A stretch of 63,227 nt of DNA, the filler included, from Dugesia japonica (taxonomy: Eukaryota), in assembly GCA_001938525.1 (NCBI GenBank). It is 5 parts of 5 records of this genome, joined end to end, with 100 filler letters (N's around TTAATTAATTAA, not from the genome) between each part and the next. Parts side by side here need not be neighbours in the genome. Positions count along the whole stretch, not along the records: positions 1 to 25,758 come from MQRL01619024.1; 4 more parts are not named here. The stretch is one strand, 5' to 3'. Of this stretch, positions 13,030 through 25,858 are shown piece after piece (position 1 is the first letter of the stretch; every line of letters starts with the position of its first letter). The position numbers were made by a program, and so were the translations under genes. The notes below the pieces were generated by a model. It saw only the letters and a program-made list of their open reading frames with translations, had not been told where the DNA came from and ran no database searches.

Positions 13030-13920
13030 CCAGTTGTCTGGTACGCCCCCGTTTTTTCTATTGGTTAATATACATCCTTAGATTTTTCTACCATGCTTAT
13101 TAGCTGGGTTATTCAATTTTTGTCACCTGAGTTCTTCTCATTAGTCAAAACTTTGGAATTCCGAAACTGATTCCTAAACTAAATTTTTGAAAACCTTGAC
13201 GTTTTCTTTACTATACTTTTCTTATCTGCCGCTTTTTACTTAATAGGAATTCTTCGTTTTCTTATATTTTATTATAAATTTAATTTCTTTTTTATAACAC
13301 ATCATTTTTTTAATTAAATTTAAAGTTTCAAAAGTCTCCATAAATTGTTTATTGATTATTACAAGTCTTTTCTTAAAAATAAAAATATGAAATAACAATT
13401 CACAAATTTCAAACAAATAACCTGAGAAATCTTAATAAAATATTTTTCAAAAATATTGGTTTTTTAAATCCCAAAATAATTACTTTTAAACCTCATTTTA
13501 GAAAATAATTTTGTAAAATTTTATAATTTAACAAAATGTAAAATTTTGACTTTAAATTAAAATACCTATGTTTTACATATATATATATTTTTTGAACCTA
13601 ATAATTTTTAAAATTTTATATTTTAAAAATTTCAAAAAACCAATCTTAATATTAAATATAAAATTTAAAAGTCTCAGACATCCGAAATTCATCAATCGAT
13701 ACTTACAATGCATGATTGATTTTATTTAATAAATTAATTATTTATTTTTCTTCTCTTCTCAATTCATTTATTAGATTTGCATTTTTTCGTTTCTAAGCTG
13801 GAATTTAATTTAATTTAGGTGTTTCTTCCAAAAATTAATTCATTTAATTTATTTTCTACCTCTTCAATTATTAATCTAATTCGATTATTTTACTTTAATT
13901 TATTAAACTTTTACACTAGC
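13030..13920 (-). repeat. Dispersed repeat family (probable LTR remnant), copy A
   Basis: Shares CTATTGG (CCAAT) motifs, TGGAATTCC and CAATTATTA..T.AAT blocks with 30790-31749. Confidence 0.4.
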
Positions 13921-14699
13921 AGTCTGAAATCGATATTGCTTGAACGTCTAGTGTGGTGATAGTTAGTCATGTCACCGCCGTTATGTGATTCATGCTGTTA
14001 AATTCATAAAAGAAATTTTATTGAAACATAATTCCTAGTTAGTTATAGTAAAAGTGTTCAAGAATTAATTCAATGACTGCAGAACATTAATAACTATCCT
14101 AATTTATTTCCTAGTGCACTAGTGTTGTGTGCCCCTTTACTGGTTCAATTGTCTGTAGGGGTGTTGAAATTGTTACCTCCACCAAATCTAGCATGTTACT
14201 AGATTTATTCTGCCAGTGCATTTTTACTAGAAGCATCATCATTTTTCTGGCGAATCTCAAATATAATAGATGATAATAGCATATTTTATGAATGAATTTA
14301 TACGTTATCCACGCCGATACACTCATGTCTACATGAGGCTAGTGCTGGTTTATATGAGGGGAAAAGCGAACATGTTTTAATATTTATTAATAGTCAATGC
14401 TGACAATCAATAGGATGTATTCACGACTAATTTTCACCGAAATGTAGTGGTTAGAAAGGAGTGTATAACGCCATTATTGTAGGTGTCAGTTTGTGAGTGA
14501 GTTAGAATTGTTGCTATATGATTAAACATACGAGTGAACGGTAGAAAAAAAATGAGTCCAAAGTAACATTTCTAGTTTATTGAATCGTAAAATAACAGTA
14601 TCTTTTACAAATAACAGATAAAAAATTAATTTTAACATGATGAAAATTAATTAAACATATTCTCACTTTTTATTGAAACTTTCTGCAACTAATGTTTTT

Positions 14700-15484
14700 C
14701 AGATAACGGTAAATTGATCATATCACAGCCCTGTTTTTCTCGATTAAAATATTGACTAAATGATTTATCACTCAAATTTTACTCAAAAAACTGACTTTCT
14801 GTTTCAATTTTCGGTAGGTTTTATTTTGCGTTTTTCATGTACACCAACTTAGTTCCTATTGGACCAATATTTTTAGAACTTTTTTAAACTTTTATTGGCT
14901 CCATTCTTATTTTTAGACTTTTTCTAACATTTCCTTTGTTTCTGGTTGGTGGTTATTTAGGGTAACCAAATGACTCCTTGGTCTTTGTTTCTACTCTATT
15001 TTATGGTACCTTATTTACTCAATCTTCTTGATTCTTTCTTGACTTTCCTGAAGGCCATACTTTTTATTTTTTGCAAAATGTTATTGCTTTTGCTGAGAGC
15101 AATCCAGTTTTTCTTATCCCATTGATTTTACGTTACCAGTAAAAAAGTTATTCATCTTTTACTTTTTTGCGTTAATGATTTTCTTTTATTTGCACTTGTT
15201 AATTAAATTATAGGTGACTAATTATTATTCTTCTCACTGCATTTAATTATTTTCGTATTATTTCCGATCTTTCTTCTGATTTCTTTCCTAATATTCTTAA
15301 TTAATTATTTGCAATTATTTTCTTTTTATTGTTTTAATAAAATTAGTATTAAATTGTGGATTGTCTATTTTTTGGGTATCTTCCTGGTATTATTTCTTAC
15401 TTCTTATCTTTTAATTAATTCATCTTCTTGGTTTTGGGCCCCTACTATTTTTTATTTCTGATACTCGGGTGTTTCACCCCAACA
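14700..15484 (-). repeat. Dispersed repeat family (probable LTR remnant), copy B
   Basis: Ends GGTGTTTCACCCCAACA, nearly identical to the end of copy C (reverse complement begins TGTTGGGG). Contains TATTGG boxes. Confidence 0.5.
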
Positions 15485-17074
15485 GATCTAAGAAATAAAA
15501 AAGAAATAAAATAACATACAAATAACTTAAAACCCAAGTAAACATAAAGATCCTATTAATTTAAATTATTTAAAGGAAACATTTAAAGATCTAGACCACC
15601 TTGGCGGGAGAGTCCAAAAGATCTAAACCGCCTTCAGTGGGTGAATATAAAAGATTTCGATGTTAGGTTATAAATGGTGGAATGATATTTGAAATATTTA
15701 AATATGATACAAATAAAAAATTAACGAAATTTATAGAAGTTNAAAATAATGGATCAATTTATTATTCAAAAACGTTAGAAATAAATATAAAAGCTACAAA
15801 TAAAAATAATAGTAACTAATAATATAAAAATAATAGGAACAATTTGTTTTTAAATTTAAAGAATTAAATCAACAATGAAATCAATCAAATGTTTCCGCCA
15901 ATAAAAAATATGTGACAAAAATGAATGAAGCTAAGCATAATGTTTCAGACAAAATAAAAGGTTGTAATCTCAACTAGAAAAAATAAAATATCATGTTGAT
16001 GAATTATGGAAGCATAGAGAAAAGGAGGTTACAGTTATTATAACATAAATAAACCAGGTAAAAAAATATTTGATGAAAAAATAAAATTATTAAATTTATT
16101 TTCAGATAAAAGTCAAACCTATTAGGAGTTAATGAAATTATTAAAAACTTTTAAATTGATATATGCAACGTTTCCTGTTGGTTACCACACAAATTCATTA
16201 AATGTAATAACTGATATTAATTGTTATGAAATGATGAGTGCAGACAACCACATCATCTAATTATACATTTAACTAAAGATTTTAATGCTATATTTATCTT
16301 AAAAGCTCAATGAAAAGCTCAATTTTATGTTGAAGGACAGCTACTTAGATATAAATATGATGAATACATTTTCATTACTAATGATATAAAATGGTGCTCC
16401 TTTGGAGTTATATTTTTCCATAAATAGCTTGAAATTATTCAATTTATATTATATGAACGAAATTGAATAGGAATTGATCAAAGTTCTTTTATTATCATAA
16501 CTTAATCAGGTGGACTTCTTTATAAATATTGCAAACTAGGAAAAATTAATGTTATTAAAAAAAGGATTGACTGCATATTATCATAAACTCGCTATGTCAA
16601 CATGTATTTAATTGAAAACTTTAGGGATATCATTAAAATTTTTGGTATGTTAATGAAACTGGTAATTCAATTTCATATTTGAGAATTTGAAATGAACCTT
16701 AACATGAACATGATGCTGTTAATTTAAAATATTTAAGAAACTTTTATAAAACATTATTTCATCCAATTGATACAACAATTGAAACATTTAAAGAACGTTT
16801 AGAAAAGTTATCAGTTAATACAAGATTTTAGGTATCTCCAACATTTAATTATTATAATGAAAAGATTTGAAGTGTAAGCCATGTGTCAGATATTAGATTT
16901 CAATTTTCTAATAATCTTATGAAATCATATTTTTGTTACGATTCGAAAAATGAAATTATTTCAACATATCATTTTAATGCAGTTTCTTACCGTAAATATG
17001 CATTCTTTATTATTTTCAATATAATATTTACATGTGATATAATATTTACAGTTGCAAAAAACCAATAACTTTGG

Positions 17075-17335
17075 TAATTTAATCGACCTTTGTCTATCAT
17101 CTGTATCTTCAAAACCAATTGCTGCAAGATAAATGTTTTTNNNNNNNNNCGTTGTAATTCAAAACAGTTTCGATCATGGCTTTTTGAATTTATGTTTCAT
17201 TACCTCCTTCAATCTTGTTATTGTTGAATGAAAGGACAACATCTTTAAACAGAGTATGAAACCCGTAGTTGCTCGGTACTACATCAGACTTACTGGATCA
17301 TGGATTTATAGAGCATGGATTTACTTAATCAGCGT
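17075..17335 (-). pseudogene. Polinton major capsid protein fragment
   Basis: Translates DVVPSNYGFHTLFKDVVLSFNNNKIEGGNET..KAMIETVLNYN; close inverted match to 18668-18756. Confidence 0.8.
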
Positions 17336-17383
17336 TTTCTAATATAAAAATGANNNNNNNNNNNNNNNNNNNNNNNNNNNNNN

Positions 17384-17535
17384 GAAAGAAATTGAAACCA
17401 CGCGATGTAATTGTTGTTGATGATTTATACCAGGAAGCTAACAAGGAAAAGGACTTTAACAATTTAATTGACAAAAATATTAAGATATTGTAATGTGACT
17501 GTGATTTTCATTACTCAAAATCTATTTCATCAAAG
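17384..17535 (+). pseudogene. Polinton packaging ATPase fragment
   Basis: KLKPRDVIVVDDLYQEA (Walker B) followed by NVTVIFITQNLFHQ; homologous to the copy at 23270-23892. Confidence 0.8.
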
Positions 17536-17574
17536 AGAATTCATACGTAAAATTTTATACGTGAATGAGCCTAA

Positions 17575-17865
17575 AAATCTAACAAACAAAAGACTAATCT
17601 CTCCTTTTGTTTCACATGGATGATGTTTTGAGCTTCAAAATACACTTCGCACCGCTTGATAAATTTCTCACTATCATCTCCTCAGCAGAACTACTTTGAC
17701 AATAACCTCTCTGTAATAGAATCGGTATTTACCGTTGTCACCATGTTAAGTAAATCTTCAAGTGGTATTTCATTTTGCAAATCATAATTAATATTTTGAA
17801 ACATCATTTATTTTACTATTACAACACATGTTTCATAATATAAATAATATTGAAATACAAGCATT
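17575..17865 (-). mobile_element. Gypsy LTR end plus gag N-terminus fragment
   Basis: MFQNINYDLQNEIPLEDL...GDDSEKFIKRCEVYFEAQ. The upstream sequence is near-identical to 35590-35700. Confidence 0.6.
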
Positions 17866-17900
17866 TNNNNNNNNNNNNNNNNNNNNNNNNNNNNNNNNNN

Positions 17901-18757
17901 GGTAAAATTGTTAATTAATAATTATTTCCTCATACAATGTATTTACTAGTTACCACTACCTGTATAAACAATAAAGAAATCAATATACGAAGTGCAAGTC
18001 GAGAATTAATCAACTTTGCTAAAGACTCAAAACTCATTTAACTTTACATTTTCGAAAAGTAAATGTCTAATCCCGATATTATTAAACTTTATATTACTAA
18101 TCAAGCTGGGGGAGAATTACCATAGTTTGTAGAAATACAGTTTGAATCTGGATAGTTGCAAACAATTATTCGATTTGCTTTGCCTATTCTTAGACAATTG
18201 AAGCTATTTGGAATGAAAACAGCAAACGATATAATAATTAATAAAGCAAATATTTTGCATTGTTTCAAAACAAATCCTATGACTGAATTCAAGGATTTTA
18301 TGTCTTCTCCAGAAGTTACAAAAATAATGCCAAAGGACAACACTACAAAATAATCTAAACTCAAAGGTGCTGGAATAAAGCTTAAGCCTTCAATTATAAA
18401 CAAACAAATGAATGGCTATGAAACTATATTTGAGAATGCTTTGCGGAAAAACTAAACTATGTATTTTTTATTGTCTAACTCTTCAAGGTGTTATTGAACA
18501 TGGATTATTTGAAGATGTGTTTCCAATGAATTCAATTTCTGAAAGTAGAAATGTNGTAGAGTTCTTTATAAATTGATCGCAAACTGATTATCTGGGTTTC
18601 AATGATACATTGTTGTATGTATAAGTAAGAGTGTTTGATAGATCTGTAAAAGACTTGAGTGAAAGATCTGATGAAGTACCGAGCAATAACGTGTTTCATA
18701 CATGTTTAAAGGTGTTGTCTTTTCATTCAACAATAACAAGATCGAAGGAGGTAATCT
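17901..18757 (+). mobile_element. Polinton copy 1 fragment: penton C-terminus, core protein, MCP N-terminus
   Basis: CINNKEINIR..INF..LTLHFRK; MSNPDII..NQAGGELP..LQTIIRFALP; GKTKLCIF..IEHGLFEDVFPMNSIS..NDTLLYV. Same gene order as copies 2 and 3. Confidence 0.8.
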
Positions 18758-18761
18758 CTAC

Positions 18762-18895
18762 ATAGATTTGATGTATGAGTATTGACAATTTAGTCATTGT
18801 TTACTGGAATATATTTTGTAAGTTTTTATAACGCATAAACACCTAACCATACTGATCCACTTTGATGCAATCCGATAAATCTGAATAGTACTATT
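18762..18895 (-). pseudogene. Adenain-like cysteine protease, N-terminal fragment
   Basis: WLGVYAL.KL..IPVN..IVNTHTSNL, matching the fuller copy at 32090-32450. Confidence 0.7.
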
Positions 18896-18959
18896 AAAAT
18901 AAAAATCATTAATATAAAGCACTTACTTTATAACATGTACCAATTACACAACATATTGT

Positions 18960-20170
18960 TTACACTAATATTGTTCCGTTTTCTTTAATCTGAATTTCTA
19001 TTTCAAATACTCCATAAATTATAACATATGCCTATGTTATTAAAGCTTTGGCAAACTTGATTTTCAATCTCAAATTTCCTTGTTGAGGTAATTGTCTTTG
19101 ATTTATATCGAAATCTGGAGCAACAAAAAATGTAAAGAAGAAATAATTATCTTTAAAATCTTGAAATGTTATTCCACAATTCTTATTCTTATCAAAATAT
19201 CCCATATTTTGTACTATAGATTGCATACATGTTGTGGCATATTTATTGTTTGCAAAATCTTAAGTATATATTTATCGATAATCACTGTTTTTCGCCAAGG
19301 AAATAGAAACTGCATCTATATTTTGAAATGCTGAACTCAAACTTTAATAGCTACCATTATATTGTTCACCACTTTGAAATGTAACCAAAATAAAGCTAGG
19401 TTATCGACTATCACCAAAGATTTGTTCCTTATAAAACGATAAACTATCTTTACTAATTGCAAAGGTAACAACTTCTTTGTTTCTTATTGGGTAAACAGAA
19501 TTTTTCTTTTATAGACCTAATTGATGTACAACTACTACTGATGGTTTAATGCGTTCACGTTTAATTATTAATTTTGCATCTAGTAATACATATCTTGGTT
19601 CATTAGCTGTAGATTCCAAACGAATCTTAGCAGGTGATTGTTTCAATCGAATATGAACATTGACACCAGGAATAAAGTATTTTGATTGATCCATGAAATT
19701 GAGTTGTAATGAACCGCATAGAGTTAATTGTTTTGATATTTTAATAGACTTTTTTTTATCTGCTTCTGATCCATTTCCTATTGCTGCAAGACAGATTTTT
19801 TTACTATCACAATTATAATTTATTATAGTTTCAATTATTGCTTTGTGAAGATAAGATCCATTTCCACCTTCAATATTGAAATTATTTAACGAAAGAATTA
19901 AATCCTTGAAAAGAGTATGCAGCATATAATTACTAGGAACTGCATTATGAGTGTCAGTGAAATCTTTACCAGCCTTATCAAATACCTTTACTTTAATATA
20001 CAATAATTCAAATCCAAATATTCTATTTGATATCCATTTATAAAAAACTCTACATCACTTTGTTATTCAGAAATTGAATTCATAGGAAAGGCATCTTCGA
20101 AAGTACCACTTTCAATTGCAGCTTGTGGAGATGGTCGATCAAAAATACATAATTCAGTTTTACTGCAAAT
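18960..20170 (-). pseudogene. Polinton major capsid protein (double jelly-roll, hexon-like)
   Basis: PSNYMLHTLFKD, KAIIETIINY, FMDQSKYFIPGVNVHIRL, FFVAPDFD..GNLRLKIKFAKAL. Confidence 0.85.
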
Positions 20171-20204
20171 CNNNNNNNNNNNNNNNNNNNNNGGCCTCTC
20201 ATTC

Positions 20205-20649
20205 GTTTGTTTATACGTGATCCATGAGAATTGTTACGTTTTCTACTATTTTGTAGTGTTTTGACTAGGTTTGATTGCACATTAGTTATTTCAAATGGTA
20301 TTTTATTAGTTATACTTTGCGGTAATATGTTTGCTATTTTTGGAATCATACTGGTTACTTTGCAAGGTAACGATAACATAACATTTCCAAGCTCAGCTAA
20401 TGCATTAGAGTTTAATGTTGGTAGTATTTTTCCATCATTAGCTAAGACATCTTGAGCTGTTTTCATACCAAAAGAACAAATAAGTTTAAAAATCGGTAAA
20501 GCAAATCTACCTATTGTTCTCAACAAAACGGATCCATACTATTTTCCAAGAAAGTAAGGTATACTTTCTTGGAAAATAGTATGGATCCGGTTGGATTCTC
20601 CCTTTGCTTGACTAGTATTATAAATTGAAAAAATATCAGGATTTATCAT
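20205..20649 (-). pseudogene. Polinton putative core/membrane-active protein between penton and MCP
   Basis: YFLGK.YGS..LRTIGRFALPIF followed by a basic tail (RINKRMRG). Homologs lie at 18063-18420 and 33745-34098. Function is inferred. Confidence 0.6.
20529..20589. repeat. Perfect 28-bp inverted repeat with a 5-nt loop
   Basis: CGGATCCATACTATTTTCCAAGAAAGTA-aggta-TACTTTCTTGGAAAATAGTATGGATCCG. Confidence 0.95.
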
Positions 20650-20654
20650 TTAGT

Positions 20655-21630
20655 TTTCTAAAATGAAAAGTTAAATAGGTTTTTGAATCTTATGGAAACT
20701 TGATTAATTTTCTGTTATCATCACGTATATTAATTTTTACATGGTTTATACATGATGTTGCAATAGGTAAATACATTGGATTATCAACCATTTTTTGTAC
20801 TTCTTTATCAGTTTCATGCTTTTCTATCCATACTGATTTCAAAAAAGGCACACTAACATCTCCTACAATTATAGGTTCAACAAGATTACTATAGACGAAC
20901 ATTTGCTGTTGTAACTTAATGATTTTTTGATTTCTATCACTTTGTATTACACTATTTTTCATATCTGCAAGGGAATAATGTTCTTTTTTTAAGCCCAATG
21001 TTTTTGACAAGACTTGATCAAATGTAAATGTTTAGATATCATCTATCAGTGAGAATTGAAATAGATTATTTGCTCAGAGAGAGATAATATTAAATAGTTC
21101 AGATCCGCTTTTTTGAAATTTTGACTTAGTTGCTTTATTTCTGTTATGTATAATTTATCCTTTAACAGTCATTATAAGTTTTACATTTTCTATTGAAAAA
21201 TCATCTTTAAATGATGTATATATAATAGAAAGCCATTTTTATCCCTGTCGTTAGATTTATATCGGAATCCAAATTTATTTGCTATTCTCTCATGTTCAAA
21301 AGTGAGTATATATTGATATTGATAACGAAGAGTTAAATGACCTCTGAAAGATATAAAAGCAATCTCATTATGCTTGGCAGTCACGTATTTTGCCATTGTG
21401 ATTAAGTGTAATAGTTATTTAATTTCTATATTTTTAGATTTCATGTATTGAATTTTAGAATTGCTATATAAAGGAACTATTTGATATACAAAGGTAAAAT
21501 CTAACAATGCTACTTCCCAACTACAATCCATATAAATTGGATTTTGAAGCTCAACAATGAATTTACTAGCATTATTTTCCGGATGAATAAGTGGACAGCT
21601 ATTAATTGGTAAAAGTGTATATTAATTACT
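20655..21630 (-). pseudogene. Polinton minor capsid protein (penton)
   Basis: TLLPINSCP..HPENNASKF..WEVALLDF at the N-terminus; MFVYSNLVEPIIVGD..P.L and INIRDDNRKLIKFP at the C-terminus. Confidence 0.8.
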
Positions 21631-21649
21631 CGATTTTATCTGAATTTTC

Positions 21650-22560
21650 TTCTTGATTGACTACGTGTGATGCTAATATTCAACTTGGTTTTTCGTATCC
21701 ATCCCACTTTACATAGTATTGTTTATTCTTTCCTGATCCTTTTGATTTGATTATTGTTTCTATTCTATATATCTATGATGATGGAATGACTTGTAATTCT
21801 TACTCATAGAACTTTCCTTGTACGGTATATTTTACATAATTTTTAAAAAAATACATGACCGGATTTAATTTTGTGTTAATTTTATGTATTTGAAACCCTT
21901 CATCACTCCAATTAATATTGAAATTCTTGATAAATAGTGAAGCTGATATTTACGAGATTCTCACATGATCGCCAACTTTATACTTTGGTTTTTATTTGCT
22001 TTTGAATGTTTACGTGATAACCATAACTTAAATTGATTGTTTGTGCTTATATCAACTGGTCTTGCTCCATTTAATTCCTTATGACCAGAATAATTATAAC
22101 TATGAATACGTTTCGGTAAAACATTTATCCAAGTCTTATTACCTACATGTACAACATACTTTTTCAATGCATCTCTCAATGTGTGATTAACTCTATCTAC
22201 ATTTGCAGCTTTATACTGAGAGAATACAATATAATGGTTTGTGGATAGATAATTAAAATGTTGTTTCACCTCGGAATTGTAAAATTCCTTACCCAAATCC
22301 GTTTGTAAATTATCTGGATGTCCATTTTAAAACATTGACTTGATTGTAGGTTCCATATCATTAGCAGATTTTGATTTAACAGGAACATCTCTTGGAAAAG
22401 TACTGAATACATCAAAATATGTCAAAATAAACTTGTAACCTTTTTTAATTTTTGAATATGGAATCATCTCCATTAGATTTATTTGCCATAAATCATCAAT
22501 ACCATATGTTTTATATGCTATTGTTGGAAATCGTTTCAACATCGGCTTGTTCAGGTTTTT
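21650..22560 (-). pseudogene. Polinton retroviral-type (RVE) integrase with C-terminal chromodomain-like region
   Basis: IDDLWQINL, YKFILTYFDVFS, LQTDLGKEFYN, KAANVDRVNHTL, VKWDGY. Confidence 0.88.
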
Positions 22561-22687
22561 TTGGATCCGTCTATTTTGTCTTTAGTTTCCCCATTAAAAC
22601 AATTCGATGCAAATTTTAAGTCAAAATTAGGCAATGATTGCAACCCACCCATTGTTTATTAATATATTGGTTAAAAGCGTAAATTGT

Positions 22688-22906
22688 TTATTTGAAATAA
22701 CTTAAGCCTAATGCAACCAATGAAATTGGTATTAATACTGCTATAAATCCACCACCTTGTTTATCTCGTACTACTTTCCTCATCAATCTTCTATTTTTGT
22801 ATTTATATGCGATAGTAAGGTTTTTTTTATGTTTTTTCAATGTTTCCTTTTTAGCTTCTTTCAAATTTACATTACCATGAACAATATTTATCATGAACAA
22901 TGACAT
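22688..22906 (-). pseudogene. Small basic Polinton protein with an adenovirus pX-like GG-F motif
   Basis: Basic stretch followed by KQGGGFIAVLIPISLVALG; homolog at 36700-37005. Confidence 0.6.
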
Positions 22907-23269
22907 ATGGTGGAAATGAGTCCGAAATTCTCATTCTCATTGATTTTGATGATTTAATCAAAGTAGTAAAAAGCGGAAACCTTCTTTCTAATTACATTTT
23001 TATTTCAATAACAAAGACATACCAGTTAATTAATTATAATGATATCCATTTTCCGTTCATCAATTCTAGTTTTTTTCAAGTACTTTTTAAAAGGTTTTTA
23101 AACTTATTCAATTTTTTTTCTTATTAACATACGTTTTCTTATGAGATTGTTTCTTTGTCTTCAAAACCAACCTTTTTTGCTGTTTAACAACATTGCCACC
23201 AGTAACTGAATCAACTACAATTTTTTTAAACTTTGCCATTTTTTATAATATCATGAAAATTACATGTTT

Positions 23270-23892
23270 TGTTTATACACTGTGATACCATTAGAGTTAA
23301 ATATATTTGTTCTCACCCTATAATCATCTGGATATTGATGTGTAAAGTCAAGAAATAGATATCTATGGGGTTGTTCTGTTGCTTCTTGAAATGGTTCAAT
23401 AAAACATTATCTGTCATTTGTATATGCTTGTCTTGCTAGGACATCAACAAAAGTCTGATCTCTAGGATTTTTGAATAAAACCAAATATTGCACGTTAAAA
23501 TTGCGAGTTCTATGACTACCTCTTTGATGAAATAAATTTTGATTAATAAATATCACAGTCNCATTACGATGTCTCGATNTCTTTGTGAATAAATTATTGA
23601 AATCTTTGTCTTTTTTGCCTTCTGATACAGATCATCAACAACAATATCATCCCCTGGTCTTAATCTTTTGCTCCAATTAGAATCAAAACCATTTATGATT
23701 TTCATTTTACTATTACAAAATTCAGATTTAGTTAGATTATTCTCTTCATCGGCATCCCCATGTCAGTATATGTTTTCAAATTTAGACTTAAATAACTTTG
23801 ATTTCCATAATTGGCATACAAACAAAGTTTTACCACTACCACTAGGTCCAATAATTTGATAGACTAATTTGATAGATAAATGGTCTCTCCAT
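23270..23892 (-). pseudogene. Polinton packaging ATPase (FtsK/A32-like)
   Basis: Walker A GPSGSGKT (23826-23849), Walker B DIVVDDL, VIFINQNLFHQ, NVQYLVLFKNPRD. A short tandem duplication of CTATCAAATTA near the start shifts the frame. Confidence 0.9.
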
Positions 23893-24129
23893 TTTTAACT
23901 TTTTCATAATTTAGATTATTGTTTATAATTGAAAGTTTCAAACCCAAATACACTGAAAATCATGCAACATGCATGAATTTTAGACTGCCCATTTCATGCT
24001 AAATATAGAGACTCCCCTCGTCCGTTGCAAAATATCATGACTGTCCCATCCCATACATACATATATATTCTTCTCAAAAAAATTAATTTAATTTAATTAA
24101 ATAATATTTAATTAAATTAAACTTAATTT

Positions 24130-24960
24130 AATTACATTAAAAAAAACTTTTTATTTCCGCAAAAAAATAACAAGACTCCCATCTACCTTCATCAAAAAAT
24201 TTGAAAACCCACCCTTCCCACTCAAAAATACTCAAAAAATACTCAAAAATACTATTACTTTCAATAAATTCATCATTTTAAGCAAAATACTCAAGATAAA
24301 GATTTCAAAAGATTATGACATCATAACCACGCAGCAGACAAAATTTCAGATAAATATTAAAAAATCTAATAATTAATTTTCTTTCCACACATATCAGTCT
24401 CCCTCTCCACAAGCCTTTTTTTGACACACTTATACTACTTACAAAAATCAACCAATCAATTTAAAGCCTTTAAAATAAAAAATCAAAGCACATTTGACAT
24501 AACAAATCTTCTCCATCAAATTACCTTTCCATAAATCTATCAACTAACAAAAACCAATTACCTCCTACAAACATAGACCCTCCCAAAAAACACGACATGA
24601 TAACTCATACCACTGTACCAGTGCGCTACCACTATTCTAGGACAAACCATCCATCCAACCTCATAAGTCCTTTAGACAATATGTAAGCAGTACTTTTGTC
24701 AANCAACANCAAAATCTAAAAACTCCAAAAAATTATTTCCAAGATCTCCAGTTCCTCCTCGATTCCAAAACCCTTCTTTCACACACACACACACAGCCAC
24801 ACATACAAACTCAACTTGACCTACTTTTTAAAAAACACCTTAGGAACCCAAACACATACAAATTTTTAAAATTAAAGATACACACACATCCCCAGGATCA
24901 AAAAAAATTTGATTTGATCACAAAAAAACCATCATAAAAAATACGGTCACAATCGTAAGC
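24130..24960 (+). mobile_element. Possible LINE 3' remnant
   Basis: Strong C/A-rich, G-poor skew. A frameshifted D..TH.LYQC at ~24595-24630 resembles the zf-RVT motif. Weak evidence. Confidence 0.3.
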
Positions 24961-25149
24961 AGTTGTCTAGCGCCCCCCCGTAAGATGGGGAGGCATCAAA
25001 TTGTGTCCTTTTTAAATTGTTAACGTGCGCCACTGTCCCACTACTGTTGCAGAACTGCTATCTGACGTATTGGTGGAGAGTTATTAAATATTATAAATTT
25101 TAATTTGATACTATAGAGTAGACAATTAAAAACTACCCTATATATTGTC

Positions 25150-25745
25150 TAAAGAATTGTTATCGAAAAATGTATGCCCTACGAGATAAAAGCATATACT
25201 GTTTATATCGAATCATAACGTGTGTCACAATGGTTTGAGCATCATGAGGCTCCAAAACATTTTCAAAAAGAAGATTTAAACCAAAAAAGATTATGTTAAC
25301 TGTTTGGCAGTACATAACCGGCCTGATACAACAAGGTTTTTTAAATTAGGGTGAAACTATGAAAGCAGAGAAATACTGCCAGCGTTTTAAAGAAATCCAT
25401 AGGCTGTATCAGCTCAGCATTGATCAACAGAAAGAGCCCAATTATGTTACACGACAATACTCGCTCGCATATTGCACAAAGAACACTGCCGAAATTCAAA
25501 AATTTTGACTACGAAATTTTGCCTCATCTCATACTCATCGGACCTCTCGCAAACAGACTTCCATTGTTTTAACCACCTGGACAACTTTTAACAGGAAATT
25601 GCTTTANNNNNNNNNNNNNNNNNNNNNNNNNNNNNNNNNNGTTCCTTGACTCCAGAAACTTAGACATTTACTCAACAGACATTTATTAACTTTTTTTTAC
25701 CTTGACAGAAATGAATCGAATCTGTTGATTTTATTTTGACTAATA
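25150..25745 (+). mobile_element. Mariner transposase remnant (Hsmar1/SETMAR-like)
   Basis: QWFEHHEAPKHFQKEDLNQKKIMLTVW, PIMLHDNTRSH, YEILPH..YSSDLSQTDFHCFNHLDNF. Confidence 0.9.
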
Positions 25746-25758
25746 AAGTTTATTTTGA

Positions 25759-25858
25759 NNNNNNNNNNNNNNNNNNNNNNNNNNNNNNNNNNNNNNNNNN
25801 NNTTAATTAATTAANNNNNNNNNNNNNNNNNNNNNNNNNNNNNNNNNNNNNNNNNNNN
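25759..25858. other. Artificial contig linker
   Basis: N44-TTAATTAATTAA-N44; the 12-mer gives stops in all six frames. Confidence 0.97.

Larger units (their letters stand above)
18762..23892 (-). mobile_element. Polinton/Maverick (adintovirus-like) copy 2, decayed morphogenetic and integrase module
   Basis: Co-oriented ATPase, unknown ORF, pX-like ORF, integrase, penton, core protein, MCP and adenain (listed separately). Confidence 0.9.
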
